Shown in pieces: positions 37,357 to 47,370 of a stretch of 64,000 nucleotides of DNA; position 1 is the stretch's first letter; the number at the start of each line of letters is the position of its first letter. Position numbers and translations under genes: made by a program. The DNA comes from Candidatus Melainabacteria bacterium 17Bon1m (GTDB taxonomy: Bacteria > Cyanobacteriota > Vampirovibrionia > Obscuribacterales > Obscuribacteraceae): the NCBI GenBank assembly GCA_032128875.1, contig JAVLKG010000001.1, forward strand, positions 985,453 to 1,049,452, written 5' to 3'. The notes beneath the pieces were generated by a model. It saw only the letters and a list, made by a program, of their open reading frames with translations. It did not search any database and was not told the DNA's origin.

Positions 37357-38235
37357 CTAGTAGTTCGAAATAAAGAGCTCTGAACCTATCTTACTTTCTT
37401 TCTTCAAATTGCAGTTGTTCATGCCGTATTGAAGCTGCCAGTTCTGAATATTCGCCCAACGATAGAGTTTGCGAATTTCCGGGCAGTCGTCGTAGGTGAT
37501 GAGAAAGCGGTGCTTAGGTGTTTCTTTCAAAACTTTTGCCAAGCGCACGTGATCGAATTCGTGCAAGATGCCACCACGTCCATACAAGCGTGATGCTTTA
37601 AAGTACGGCGGATCAATAAAAATGAAAACGTTTCTGCCCGGCTTTTGGATCACGTGCTCGTAATCTAGGTTTGTGATTTCAACGCCACTCAACGCTTCTG
37701 GCATAGGCGCAAGGCGTTGAATTGATGATGCGGTAAAACGTCGCAAACTAGCCGCGCTGGAAAATCCACCTGCGCGAGTGGTACCAGAAAATGTGACGCG
37801 ATTGAAGAAGAAAAACAGAAACGCCGCGCGATATCGATCTGGCGTTTTTTCTGAACGCGCTTTCAAAAAATACTCTTTGATTTTTTCAGCATCATCTCCG
37901 AAGCTTTGGCGCAAAAGCTCCAACTCGCGCATCAACCGCGCACATGTTTCCTCATTTTGCACCGCTTTCCAAAACGCATGCAGCTCGCTGAATTTATCGT
38001 TGATCCAATACTTTTCTGCGAATCCCTTAGATTTCGCGTGGAAGAAAACGCTCGCACCGCCAACCAGCGGTTCGCGAAATTCTCTGGCGGACGCTGGAAA
38101 AAGTTGAGCTATCTGATCGATAGCTTTCTGCTTGCCGCCTGGATATCTCAAGGGCGAGCGATAACGTCTCTCGGTGCTCGCGGTTTCTGCGTCGGCGCCC
38201 GGAATGATGATTGTGGCGTTGTTAGTGACAGCCAT
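37357..38235 (-). CDS. DNA adenine methyltransferase (Dam/D12 class)
   Basis: SPLRYPGGK, EPLVGGASV, IND, FIDPPY, ELFISNY. Confidence 0.92.
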   Translation of the reverse strand: MAVTNNATIIIPGADAETASTERRYRSPLRYPGGKQKAIDQIAQLFPASAREFREPLVGGASVFFHAKSKGFAEKYWINDKFSELHAFWKAVQNEETCARLMRELELLRQSFGDDAEKIKEYFLKARSEKTPDRYRAAFLFFFFNRVTFSGTTRAGGFSSAASLRRFTASSIQRLAPMPEALSGVEITNLDYEHVIQKPGRNVFIFIDPPYFKASRLYGRGGILHEFDHVRLAKVLKETPKHRFLITYDDCPEIRKLYRWANIQNWQLQYGMNNCNLKKESKIGSELFISNY

Positions 38236-38346
38236 CGGCGTAATAATAGCAGCGTTGCCAATCCTGTCCCACTCATTTAGTTAATGGGAGCGACAGAGTA
38301 TATCTAATGTGCTGTATGCTCGCTGTCTGTTGTGATTGAGGCGTCG

Positions 38347-39324
38347 ATGCGCGACCAGTGGAATAGAGACACCGAGAGAGCCATACTCAGCAATGAGGAT
38401 GCCGAGATTCTTCTCAGCTCTCACTTTCCTAATGTTGAAGTCGCGAAGGTTGAACCGACGAAGGGCGGATTGGCAAATGCCAGCTATTTGGTAGCCCTCA
38501 AAACAGGGCAGCGTCTCCATCTGCGAATTTGTCAGCGCGACCCGTCGGCTGCAGAAAAGGAATTTCGCCTGATTCAATTGGTGCAGGGAAAAGTGCCGGC
38601 GCCAAAACCGCTGTATTTCTCTCTTGTAAATCCCGTCAACAGCTTTCCCTTCATGATCTTGGATTGGGTGGAAGGTGCCCGGCTTGAGAGCATCATCGGT
38701 GAACTCTCTCCACGCAGTGTCGAGCATCTAGGTAAATCTTTAGGTGAAACACTTGCGCTGATTCATGGATTTAAATTCGAACAGTTCGGATTTTTCGACG
38801 ACCATTTAGAAATTCCATCTCCCATGGAGATGGGCGGCAATGGGCTACTTCAGTATGCTGAGGAGTGTCTCTTAAAAAATTTAGGTGAAGAGCGTTTAGG
38901 GGAAGATTTAACGAATGAGGTTCTCAACTTTATAAAGAAAGAGGCGCACCTGCTCGATGAGTGGTCTGGAAAGCCCTGTCTCACTCATTGTGACTTCAAT
39001 AGTTCCAACATTCTTATGAAGAAAGAAGAGCAAGGCTGGGAAGTAGCTGCAGTAATTGACTGGGAATTTGCCTTTAGCGGAACACCCTTTTTTGATCTGG
39101 GCAATCTCTTGAGACCCCCTCTGGGAGAGATTCCCGGTATGCAGGAGGCTGTCGAGCGAGGCTACCGTAACGCTGGCGGCGATTTGCCAAATGAGTGGAG
39201 AAAAATGAGCAAGCTCACAGACCTTACCGCGTGGCTAGAGTTTCTCACGCGTAAAAATGCTGGTATTAACCTCATTTCCGACTGTAAAACGCAAATATGT
39301 AAAACGATGGGTGAGTGGGACTAA
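38347..39324 (+). CDS. aminoglycoside phosphotransferase (APH/choline kinase-like) family protein
   Basis: GGLAN, HCDFNSSNIL, VIDWEFA. Confidence 0.88.
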   Translation: MRDQWNRDTERAILSNEDAEILLSSHFPNVEVAKVEPTKGGLANASYLVALKTGQRLHLRICQRDPSAAEKEFRLIQLVQGKVPAPKPLYFSLVNPVNSFPFMILDWVEGARLESIIGELSPRSVEHLGKSLGETLALIHGFKFEQFGFFDDHLEIPSPMEMGGNGLLQYAEECLLKNLGEERLGEDLTNEVLNFIKKEAHLLDEWSGKPCLTHCDFNSSNILMKKEEQGWEVAAVIDWEFAFSGTPFFDLGNLLRPPLGEIPGMQEAVERGYRNAGGDLPNEWRKMSKLTDLTAWLEFLTRKNAGINLISDCKTQICKTMGEWD

Positions 39325-39444
39325 GGGCAGGAACCTTTGAGGGTTTCCCCAGTCTCTTTCGAGGAATTGCTAAGGCAATCACACAGCGGGACCCCTGGTT
39401 CGAAGCCACACGAGAATCGCTGTTGTCGGAAGGAGGATTCCCAA

Positions 39445-39948
39445 ATGTTTAGAAACCGATTAATTGCAATAACACTCCCGGCGATTGCGCTTTCGGCATC
39501 ACTACCGGTTTTTGCAGACACAGTAACACGCTATGAAATTAGAAGCACCACAGATGGTGTCGCCCCGATTTTGCAGCCTGGTGTTGTGGAGTACAGAAGA
39601 TTTAGTTCTTCAACTGTTCCAAATGTAGTTGAAACGCGCACTATCACCAACAGTGTTGTTGCGCCTAGACCATTGTTTGTTCCATCGACTGCCTCATCAG
39701 TGAGACTCATCGAGACTCCTGTTGTTGCGCCGGTAACAAACCGAGTATTGATTCCAAGCCCGGCTCCGGTAGTTATGGAAAGTCGCGTTATTTCCCAGCC
39801 GGTTGTCATCCAACGCGCACCTGCGCCTGTTGTGATGGAAACCTATAACCCGCCAGTTGTTGTTGAGAAACGCTATAAGCACAGACATCACAGCGATCGC
39901 CATTTGCTTGATGTCGGCGTTCCTCTCATTCATATGAGAGCGTTCTAG
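39445..39948 (+). CDS. secreted Val/Pro-rich hypothetical protein
   Basis: AGGAGG RBS; signal peptide; repeated PVV motifs. Confidence 0.7.
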   Translation: MFRNRLIAITLPAIALSASLPVFADTVTRYEIRSTTDGVAPILQPGVVEYRRFSSSTVPNVVETRTITNSVVAPRPLFVPSTASSVRLIETPVVAPVTNRVLIPSPAPVVMESRVISQPVVIQRAPAPVVMETYNPPVVVEKRYKHRHHSDRHLLDVGVPLIHMRAF

Positions 39949-39992
39949 CGACTCACAAAAGTCCGTTGACGGGCCTCGTGCCCGCCGATGAT

Positions 39993-40041
39993 GAGGAAGG
40001 AAGGTGCCCTGCCCCGGGAGCCTTCCTCTCCTCTATTTTTT
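39993..40041 (+). terminator. intrinsic terminator
   Basis: GAGGAAGGAAGG...CCTTCCTCTCCTC followed by a T-run. Confidence 0.6.
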
Positions 40042-40245
40042 GGATGTTTTTGCCCGTGGACTCCTAACGCTTCCGGCCCTCGCCCGGGAAAGCGTTGTAA
40101 AGGTCGTAATTCCACCATGATCTCTTCACATATAAGATGAAATCTCCCGGTGTGGGTGGTGAAAACCGGGGGGTTAACGATTGTGCATTGCTTACCAGCA
40201 ACCTATTCTGGACGCATACCCTTTGCAGACCGACCTCTTCACTCT

Positions 40246-41409
40246 ATGACTTACGAAAATTTCCAAAATGCTGGGTACTCCCAGCCGGAATCTACCAACA
40301 GCGGCGTTTATGAAGACGCTTACCAGCGTGCAAACTGGAGAGCGACTTTCGGCGGTGATGTAGGTCAAAACTACCGGGAAGGGCAGCAAGCGCAGCAAAC
40401 GCAGAGTGGCGGACAGTGGCGTGCAACTTATGGCGGTGATGTGGCGCGGACTTACCGAGCAGGTCAGCAGACTGAAAGTTCGGGACAATGGCGCGCTACC
40501 TATGGCAGCGACGTCGGACAGACATTCAGACCGGGTGTTCAGAATGAAAACTCCGGCGAATGGCGTTCGACCTATGGTCGTGATGTAGCTCAGACCTTTA
40601 AACCGGGTGTGATGAATGAAACCTCCGGCGAATGGCGTTCCACCTATGGGCGCGACGTTGGTCAAACCTACAGATCAGGCATCCAAAACGACGGTACTGG
40701 TTATGTCGACAGCACCGGGCAGTGGAGACAGAATTACGGCTCCGATGTCGGACAGACTTACGTTCCTGGCAACGGCTACGTCGATAACAGCGGTCAGTGG
40801 AGACAGGATTATGGCTCGGACGTAGGCCAGACTTACGTTCCTGGCAACGGCTATGTCGATAATAGCGGTCAGTGGAGACAAGACTACGGCTCTGACCTCG
40901 GTCGCTACCAGGTCACCGACCCCAGTGCTGCTGGCTATGTTGAACCTTGGCGGCTGTATTACGATGACTCGCTGCGCACAGCTCAAGGTCCGCAGTCATT
41001 TGATCAATATGGACAACGCGATCAATACGCTCAATACGACCAATACGCCCAGTACGCGCAGGACTACCGCCAGACAGACCGTTATGCTGCCACAGACCCG
41101 AGCATGCAATACGAACAATATGAGCGCTCGGCTTATGACCCACGCCAAAACGTTTTATATGATCGCAACGGTCGACCCATGGCATTCGGAAATGAATACA
41201 GTTACGACTTCGATCCGCGTCAACAACAATATCTTCAAGTAATGATGCTGCGCCAGATTCTCGGCATGATTCACAATAATGGCGGTCGAGTCAATTTCTA
41301 CCGCGACGACCGTGGCTACTATGATGGCAACAACGGCGGTCATCAGCACCACCACCATCATCGCCAACACAACAATGGTTCACGCCTCCAACTGCGCATG
41401 AGTTTCTAA
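40246..41409 (+). CDS. tandem-repeat Gln/Gly/Tyr-rich protein
   Basis: 8 repeats of G[QE]WRxxYGxDV[GA]QT[YF] (mostly 24-25 aa) with synonymous variation between copies; His-rich C-terminus. Confidence 0.75.
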   Translation: MTYENFQNAGYSQPESTNSGVYEDAYQRANWRATFGGDVGQNYREGQQAQQTQSGGQWRATYGGDVARTYRAGQQTESSGQWRATYGSDVGQTFRPGVQNENSGEWRSTYGRDVAQTFKPGVMNETSGEWRSTYGRDVGQTYRSGIQNDGTGYVDSTGQWRQNYGSDVGQTYVPGNGYVDNSGQWRQDYGSDVGQTYVPGNGYVDNSGQWRQDYGSDLGRYQVTDPSAAGYVEPWRLYYDDSLRTAQGPQSFDQYGQRDQYAQYDQYAQYAQDYRQTDRYAATDPSMQYEQYERSAYDPRQNVLYDRNGRPMAFGNEYSYDFDPRQQQYLQVMMLRQILGMIHNNGGRVNFYRDDRGYYDGNNGGHQHHHHHRQHNNGSRLQLRMSF

Positions 41410-41515
41410 ATCCGGTGCTCCGGCAAATACAATTTTCTTGTGATCTGAAAGTTTGTCCGCGGTATAGTATGCCCCTGTAAAAGCACGTTAGCACACGGGT
41501 TTTCAGGAGGCGTTT

Positions 41516-42910
41516 GTGGCTGCTGTCGAGAATTTTGATTACCTGATCGTAGGTGGCGGAAAGGGCGGCAAATCCTTAGCGATGTCCCTTGGACCTGCCA
41601 GCAAGAAAGTTGCGCTTGTCGAAGAAGGGCAGATAGGCGGCACTTGCATCAATGTAGCGTGCATCCCCACTAAGACGATGGTGGCGAGCGCAAAACTTCT
41701 GCATCATGTGAATCACGGCGAACACTTTGGACTGTCTGTGACAAACGGTGGCGATCATATAAAGGGAGTCATCGACCGTAAGCGCCGAGTCGTAAAAGGC
41801 ATGGTTGATACGCACAAGCAGCTATTCAGCAGTACCCCAAACATGGAATTCATTTTGGGAATTGCCAAGTTTGTCGATCACAAGGTAATTGAAGTCAATA
41901 CTGTAGATGGTGGCACCAGAAGGCTCACCGCCGATCGCATCGTCATAAATACAGGTAGCGCCCCAATGGTGCCAAATACGCCAGGCCTCGCTGAAGCGGG
42001 CTATTTGACCAACGCCAGCATTATGGAATTGGAAGAGCTTCCTTCACATCTGTGCATTGTCGGCGGTGGCTACATTGCGCTTGAGTTCGCACAAATTTTT
42101 AGACGTCTCGGCAGCGATGTAACAGTGCTTTTGCGAACGGACAGATTTTTGCCCAAAGAAGATGAGGACATTGCTTTAGCAATTAAGGAGGTCTTAGAGA
42201 AAGAAGGTATCCGCTTTGTTTCAGGCGTGGATGTTACATCTGTTTCGCGGACGGGTAAAACCGCAAAACTCGCATTGAAGAAAGGTGATACAGACGAAAC
42301 TTTGGAGTGCTCGCATATTCTCGTTGCCACTGGCAGAGTTTCAAACAATGAAAAACTCCATCCAGAAATGACTGGTGTAAGACTCGACAAGCGTGGATAC
42401 ATCGAAGTAAGCGAGTATTTGGAAACATCTGCAGAAGACATCTGGGCGATTGGTGACTGCAACGGCGGTCCGCACTTTACGCACGTCAGTTGGGATGATT
42501 ACCGTATACTGCGCGATTTGTTCCTCCACAGCAAAAAGCGTTCAACCAAAGGGCGACTCATTCCCTACACGTTGTTCGTTGACCCAGAACTTGGGCGTGT
42601 TGGAATCACCGAGCAAGACGCGCGCAAAGCAGGGCGCGAGATTTTGATCGCTAAGATGCCGGCAGCAAAAATTCCCCGCGCCACCACTTCCGGTGAAACA
42701 CGCGGATTGCTAAAAGTCGTGATTGACAAGAATTCAAAACAGATATTGGGATGTTCAATCTTTGCGCACGAAGGCGGCGAAATAATGTCTGTCGTTCAAG
42801 CTGGAATGCTTGGCAATTTGACATACGAGCAAATGCGCGATGCTATCTGGACTCACCCCACGATGGCTGAGAGTCTGAATTTGTTGCTAGCCAACGTCGT
42901 TGAGGGCTAA
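41516..42910 (+). CDS. pyridine nucleotide-disulfide oxidoreductase (RclA/mercuric reductase-like)
   Basis: GGGKGG, GGTCINVAC, VGGGYIALE, AIGD, WTHPT; GTG start after AGGAGG. Confidence 0.9.
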   Translation: MAAVENFDYLIVGGGKGGKSLAMSLGPASKKVALVEEGQIGGTCINVACIPTKTMVASAKLLHHVNHGEHFGLSVTNGGDHIKGVIDRKRRVVKGMVDTHKQLFSSTPNMEFILGIAKFVDHKVIEVNTVDGGTRRLTADRIVINTGSAPMVPNTPGLAEAGYLTNASIMELEELPSHLCIVGGGYIALEFAQIFRRLGSDVTVLLRTDRFLPKEDEDIALAIKEVLEKEGIRFVSGVDVTSVSRTGKTAKLALKKGDTDETLECSHILVATGRVSNNEKLHPEMTGVRLDKRGYIEVSEYLETSAEDIWAIGDCNGGPHFTHVSWDDYRILRDLFLHSKKRSTKGRLIPYTLFVDPELGRVGITEQDARKAGREILIAKMPAAKIPRATTSGETRGLLKVVIDKNSKQILGCSIFAHEGGEIMSVVQAGMLGNLTYEQMRDAIWTHPTMAESLNLLLANVVEG

Positions 42911-42917
42911 AGCGGCC

Positions 42918-42967
42918 GGAGCGCCGCCTTCCAGGCGGCACAGGGTGATGCAAGGCATCGCCCCAAC
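42918..42967. repeat. two adjacent REP-like palindromes
   Basis: GGAGCGCCGCCTTCCAGGCGGCA (42918-42940) and the reverse-strand GTTGGGGCGATGCCTTGCATCACCC (42943-42967). Confidence 0.55.
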
Positions 42968-43001
42968 GAAAACCTCGCGCAGCCTATGAAACCTTGCTTT
43001 A

Positions 43002-44282
43002 CTATTCCAGTCTTGCTCTAACAACTGGTTTGAGTTCTTCGGTTAGTTGCTTTGCGAGAACTTTGTGTCCGTTTGCGCTCATATGCGGATCATAGAAAAG
43101 CGGCACCTTCCTGTCGTTGTACATCAAGAATGCTTTTGTCGCATCGATCCAAGTGACACCATTTTTAGTGGCAAAGGTTTTTAATAATTCGCTTTCGGGA
43201 ATATTGTCGTATCCATTTACCTGTGGCAAGCGAACAAGTACCATGTCCGCTCCAACAGCACTACATTCCTTCTTCATCTCATTTAGGATTTGGTTGTGAA
43301 CCGGCCACCATTTCCGCAATTCAGCTTGCTTTTGTGGCAGCATTACACTCGGTAGTTTCGGACTGTAGACAGCTTCCGGCTCAATAAACACACCATTGAC
43401 GCATGCCGGACCTCTCGCTGCTTCAAACGTTGTTTTCTTCTCGGTGACGGCTGCGCCGAATTTTGTTTCGCCGTGCTTAATTCCATCCATGAAAATTGTC
43501 ACTTGCTCAACGGCTTTGGCGATGACTCCCCATATGCGGCTGTGCTCTCTAAGCCAACCAGTTGCACTTACGCGCAGTCCTTCCGGTGATTGCAGCCAGG
43601 CATTTTGCCTGTCGTAATTACAAAGAAGTCGATTGTTAGCATCCAGGGTAAAGTTCGGACGTGCGCGGAAGAAGCCGCCACCCTCTGGGGACAAACCTCG
43701 TGTCGAATCGACCGATTCTGTGACAACTACAATATCCGGACTGAATTTGACTGCGAGGTTTTTCATGCGCATGTAAATTTGCGCGATGTTGTACGCAGAA
43801 ATTCCGAAGTTGAGAACCTCTATTTTTTTGCCTTCGACGCTTGCGTCTGCAGCAAGAGATCGTTCAATCACCTTGCAGAAGTTTTGTTCACGAGGAACCT
43901 GCAGCGCTTCAGTGTACGAATCGCCCACAACCGCTATGCGTATCGTGTCCTTGCTTTTTTCTATGGGAAACTCGCGGTCCAACATTCCGGCGCTGTTCAC
44001 TCGTGTGACGGAGTATCCTTCGTGCCGCCAGGTGATGTGCTTATTGGGCATCATTACCCAACCAATTTCAGGGTCGCGTTTCAAATACTCTTCTTCGCCC
44101 AGTCCTGCGTATGCCAGGCAAAATTCGAGCATCAATATAGAAATGACAATACTTCCTACAAGAACCGCAGCGACGGATGCGGGGGTGTTCGTTTTTGACT
44201 TGTTTGTTTTGGGTTCGCGACTCACCACCGGTACACTTTCGTGTACTGCGTTTGAAATTGGTGGTGTCGTGGTTTTGACCAT
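43002..44282 (-). CDS. SGNH/GDSL hydrolase-family protein (AlgJ/AlgX-like partner)
   Basis: VVGDSYT, LNFGISAYN, DPHMSANGH; one N-terminal TM helix. Confidence 0.85.
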   Translation of the reverse strand: MVKTTTPPISNAVHESVPVVSREPKTNKSKTNTPASVAAVLVGSIVISILMLEFCLAYAGLGEEEYLKRDPEIGWVMMPNKHITWRHEGYSVTRVNSAGMLDREFPIEKSKDTIRIAVVGDSYTEALQVPREQNFCKVIERSLAADASVEGKKIEVLNFGISAYNIAQIYMRMKNLAVKFSPDIVVVTESVDSTRGLSPEGGGFFRARPNFTLDANNRLLCNYDRQNAWLQSPEGLRVSATGWLREHSRIWGVIAKAVEQVTIFMDGIKHGETKFGAAVTEKKTTFEAARGPACVNGVFIEPEAVYSPKLPSVMLPQKQAELRKWWPVHNQILNEMKKECSAVGADMVLVRLPQVNGYDNIPESELLKTFATKNGVTWIDATKAFLMYNDRKVPLFYDPHMSANGHKVLAKQLTEELKPVVRARLE

Positions 44283-44297
44283 CTAAGTGAAACTGCC

Positions 44298-45923
44298 TCA
44301 GAACTGGAAGTAGATAAATGAGGATGGTTGCGTCGGTGCAAAGGCAATTGCCGTTACTGCGACGACTGCATAAAACGGAATTCTGACCGCCCAACCGATT
44401 GCATCTAGCGGGCGTAATTGAATTTGCTTTTCAGAAAGAAATCTGGGCAGGCAGAAAATTGCGGCATAACCGCTGTAAATCAACAATGCTGCGATGACCT
44501 GCGAGCGCATCAAAGCGGTCCAAAGAAGGGGGGCCGAAGCTGTTGCAGCGGGCGTTGCCGATGCAGTTGCAGAAGCCGTTGATGCCGCTACCGCCGTAGC
44601 TGTTTGCCCGACACCGAAGAACATCACTTGCATGATCTGCATCGCCTGGGTGACCGTGTCTGCTCTAAAAAGCGTCCAACCAATAATGACCAGAAGGAAT
44701 GTGAACAACACTGAGGCGACCTTTCCGATGGCATGAGCATGGAAATTGCTCAATGCAGAATTCTTCTTCGCCAAGCTGTCATACCAGTTGTTCAGCGCTA
44801 ACATCGCACCTTGGTATGCCCCCCACACTACAAAGTGCATGGCCGCACCGTGCCAGAGTCCGCCAAGCAACATCGTCAGGAAGAGATTTCGATTCTTGTT
44901 GGTTCTGCCCCCGCCCAACGGAATGTACAGATAGTCGCGCAGCCAAGTCGATAACGAGATGTGCCAGCGGCGCCAGAAATCAGAAATGCTTTTCGCCAAA
45001 TACGGAAAGTTGAAGTTGTCCGGCAACGATATGCCCAGCAACAGCGCACTGCCTCTGCCCATATCCGTGTAGCCGGAGAAGTCAAAATAAATCTGGAACG
45101 TGAACGCGAGGACCGCCACCCATGCGTCACCGGTGCTCATGCTAACAGCGGGATTGAAGCCAGCGTTAGCCAAAATTGCCAGGTTGTCTGCAATCGCCAC
45201 TTTCTTGAACAGCCCCTGGAGGATCAGTGCCAGACCAGCGTGCATGTCAGTGCTGCGGAATTTTAGTGCGGTTCCGTTGTGTCCAGGGCGAGTATCAAGT
45301 TGTTCGATGAAGTGCTCAAAGCGCTTGATTGGTCCTGCAATTTGTGATGGGAAAAACGCGGCGAACAGCGCGAAGTCGACGGGGTTACGAACTGGCTTTT
45401 CGCCTTTCGCGACGTCCACCAGGTAATGAATAAATTCGAACACGAAGAAGGAAATGCCTAGCGGCAGAATGATATCGAATGTGATGGCATAGAATTTTGG
45501 CGCATTGATGTGGAAGAAGGAAGCGCCGCTATTCAATGCATCAGTGAAGGTCGTGAAAAGAAAATTGACGTACTTGAAGTAGATCAAGCAACCGAGGTTT
45601 ATCACAAGTCCGAGTGTCAGAGTCAGGCGAGTAGCTGTCGACATCTGCGTGTTGACGGAATGTGTCGTGCTTTGCGCCAGTTCCTGGTTCACAACCCGGT
45701 TCTGATTTTTGCTTTGATTCTGCAGTTTCCCCAGCAGCAAGCCGATGGCGTAGTTGACGGCGGTGAGAGCTGCAACCATTAGTCCATACTTCGGAATCCA
45801 ACTCATATAGAAGACGTAACTCGCCAACAGCAAAACCGGCTTCTTCAGAGCACGAGGCGAGAGCCAGTACAGTGCGAAAACCACCGGAAAAAATATGAAG
45901 TATGAAAGGCTGGTGAAAAGCAT
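44298..45923 (-). CDS. MBOAT family O-acyltransferase (AlgI/DltB-like)
   Basis: LPLGISFFVF, FQIYFDFSGYTD, FWRRWHISLSTWLRDYLY, GLWHGA. Confidence 0.95.
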   Translation of the reverse strand: MLFTSLSYFIFFPVVFALYWLSPRALKKPVLLLASYVFYMSWIPKYGLMVAALTAVNYAIGLLLGKLQNQSKNQNRVVNQELAQSTTHSVNTQMSTATRLTLTLGLVINLGCLIYFKYVNFLFTTFTDALNSGASFFHINAPKFYAITFDIILPLGISFFVFEFIHYLVDVAKGEKPVRNPVDFALFAAFFPSQIAGPIKRFEHFIEQLDTRPGHNGTALKFRSTDMHAGLALILQGLFKKVAIADNLAILANAGFNPAVSMSTGDAWVAVLAFTFQIYFDFSGYTDMGRGSALLLGISLPDNFNFPYLAKSISDFWRRWHISLSTWLRDYLYIPLGGGRTNKNRNLFLTMLLGGLWHGAAMHFVVWGAYQGAMLALNNWYDSLAKKNSALSNFHAHAIGKVASVLFTFLLVIIGWTLFRADTVTQAMQIMQVMFFGVGQTATAVAASTASATASATPAATASAPLLWTALMRSQVIAALLIYSGYAAIFCLPRFLSEKQIQLRPLDAIGWAVRIPFYAVVAVTAIAFAPTQPSSFIYFQF

Positions 45924-46261
45924 TGTTCTAAAAGCGACAAAAGGGCAGTGCTGTGAGGTTTTTAGCCCGTTGCCAACTCTTATTTTTGCTGGTTATGTCT
46001 TAGTTTTCTTTAGCCGAGGCTCAGATTTCAATGGGTAATTCCTGGGAGGCTCTATGTGAAGTTTTCAAACCCTTGAATAGCTGCCCTAAACTGCTCTCTA
46101 CGTGGTCTACACCATCTTGTTATGTTCTTCTCATTTTTGTTGCCAAGGGCGTCAAGGACCAAACAAAAGCGCAAAATTGGGGTTCGCACGTCTCTCCTCC
46201 TAAAGCCCTCGGTTCAATCGTAGAAGAGGAAGTTGGCAGTCTGAATAGGATGAATTACCAA

Positions 46262-46765
46262 ATGAACACGAAAAATCGCATCGCATCACTTTCCTTGCTT
46301 GTCGGCAGTCTTGCTGTTCTGATGAGCCCGTCCGCTTTTGGCGAAGATGCGAAGGCGACCCCGGAGTCTGTTTATACGAAGTATCACCAGACGCTGCTGA
46401 ATGCGAAGACTGTAGACGAAGTCACGCCCTTCATGTGCGCGGGACGCGTCAAAGAAGTGAATACAACGCCCAAAGAGGAGAAGGCGATGTTTTTCGGCTT
46501 CATAAAAGAAACCTGCCCCAAGGACGTACATATTGTTTCGTCTAAAATAGACGGCAGCACTGCGAATCTCAAGCTGATAGTCGGTGATGGCAAGCCCGTT
46601 GTTTTGGATCGACCCCTCCTCGGAAAAGTCAAGGAAGAAACCAAAGGCGAATGCTTGATGGTTCTCGAAAACGGTGTGTGGAAGGTTGACAAAGAAAGCT
46701 GGAAGTCGAGCTCAGTCTCAGTTGATTCCGATGCTCCGCCAGCAGAGTCGCCGAAGAGTAATTAG
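46262..46765 (+). CDS. secreted hypothetical protein (NTF2-like/DUF4878-like)
   Basis: Signal peptide; TPESVY..KIDGSTANL..MVLENGVWKVD. Confidence 0.65.
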   Translation: MNTKNRIASLSLLVGSLAVLMSPSAFGEDAKATPESVYTKYHQTLLNAKTVDEVTPFMCAGRVKEVNTTPKEEKAMFFGFIKETCPKDVHIVSSKIDGSTANLKLIVGDGKPVVLDRPLLGKVKEETKGECLMVLENGVWKVDKESWKSSSVSVDSDAPPAESPKSN

Positions 46766-46805
46766 TCCCGCAAGAGTCCCACAAAACTTAGGTCTGTTAG
46801 TCGAA

Positions 46806-47366
46806 ATGCAAATTGAAGAGCGTCCTCTCTCTCCTGTTTTGAAGTCGGAGTTGGACGCTCATTTGCGTGATGGGTTGCGCACAATAGGTGGGCAAGGCAT
46901 TGCTTCAGATGCGGATAAGCTCGGCGCAAAATTGAATGAGTTTCTCATCGAATTCGAAAAAGCAAAATCGCAATTTAAAGAGAACCAGATTCAATTGTTG
47001 CTAGTTCAAGTGGGTGCTGTACTCGCGCATCTTTTTGTTGTGAAGTACGGCTGGGCATGGACCTGCGCGAAGGATGAGAATGAGCGCGACTTTTATTTCA
47101 TCGTGTCGCGCGATAAGAAGTTGATGTTGCAACCTTGGACATTCTTACAGGATTGCGTTCAACAACCGGACTTCCATGAGGTTGTGAAAAACATTGTTGC
47201 TGTGCCGGAATTGGCGTCACAGAGTGATGAAGTGATGAATTCTGATTTGCTCTACCAAGACATCGGCATGGCATTTATGGCTATGGGCTCTCTGGTTTCG
47301 ATTTCGCAAGGAGTCGGTACGATTCTCGAAGATGTACTGCCTCCCGACATGGAGACGAAAAACTAA
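46806..47366 (+). CDS. hypothetical protein
   Basis: Probable ATG 46806 after the upstream gene; no confident motif. Confidence 0.6.
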   Translation: MQIEERPLSPVLKSELDAHLRDGLRTIGGQGIASDADKLGAKLNEFLIEFEKAKSQFKENQIQLLLVQVGAVLAHLFVVKYGWAWTCAKDENERDFYFIVSRDKKLMLQPWTFLQDCVQQPDFHEVVKNIVAVPELASQSDEVMNSDLLYQDIGMAFMAMGSLVSISQGVGTILEDVLPPDMETKN

Positions 47367-47370
47367 GCTG

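Noticed and set aside
37357-38235. Restriction-modification system or defence island
   Set aside because: No endonuclease, specificity subunit or other defence gene is adjacent.
38347-39324. Aminoglycoside resistance gene
   Set aside because: Only generic APH/choline-kinase superfamily motifs are present; the substrate cannot be inferred and there is no mobile context.
40330-40910. CRISPR array
   Set aside because: The repeats are in-frame coding repeats with synonymous variation and related spacers; no cas genes.
41516-42910. merA call
   Set aside because: It lacks the C-terminal Cys-Cys and mer operon context.
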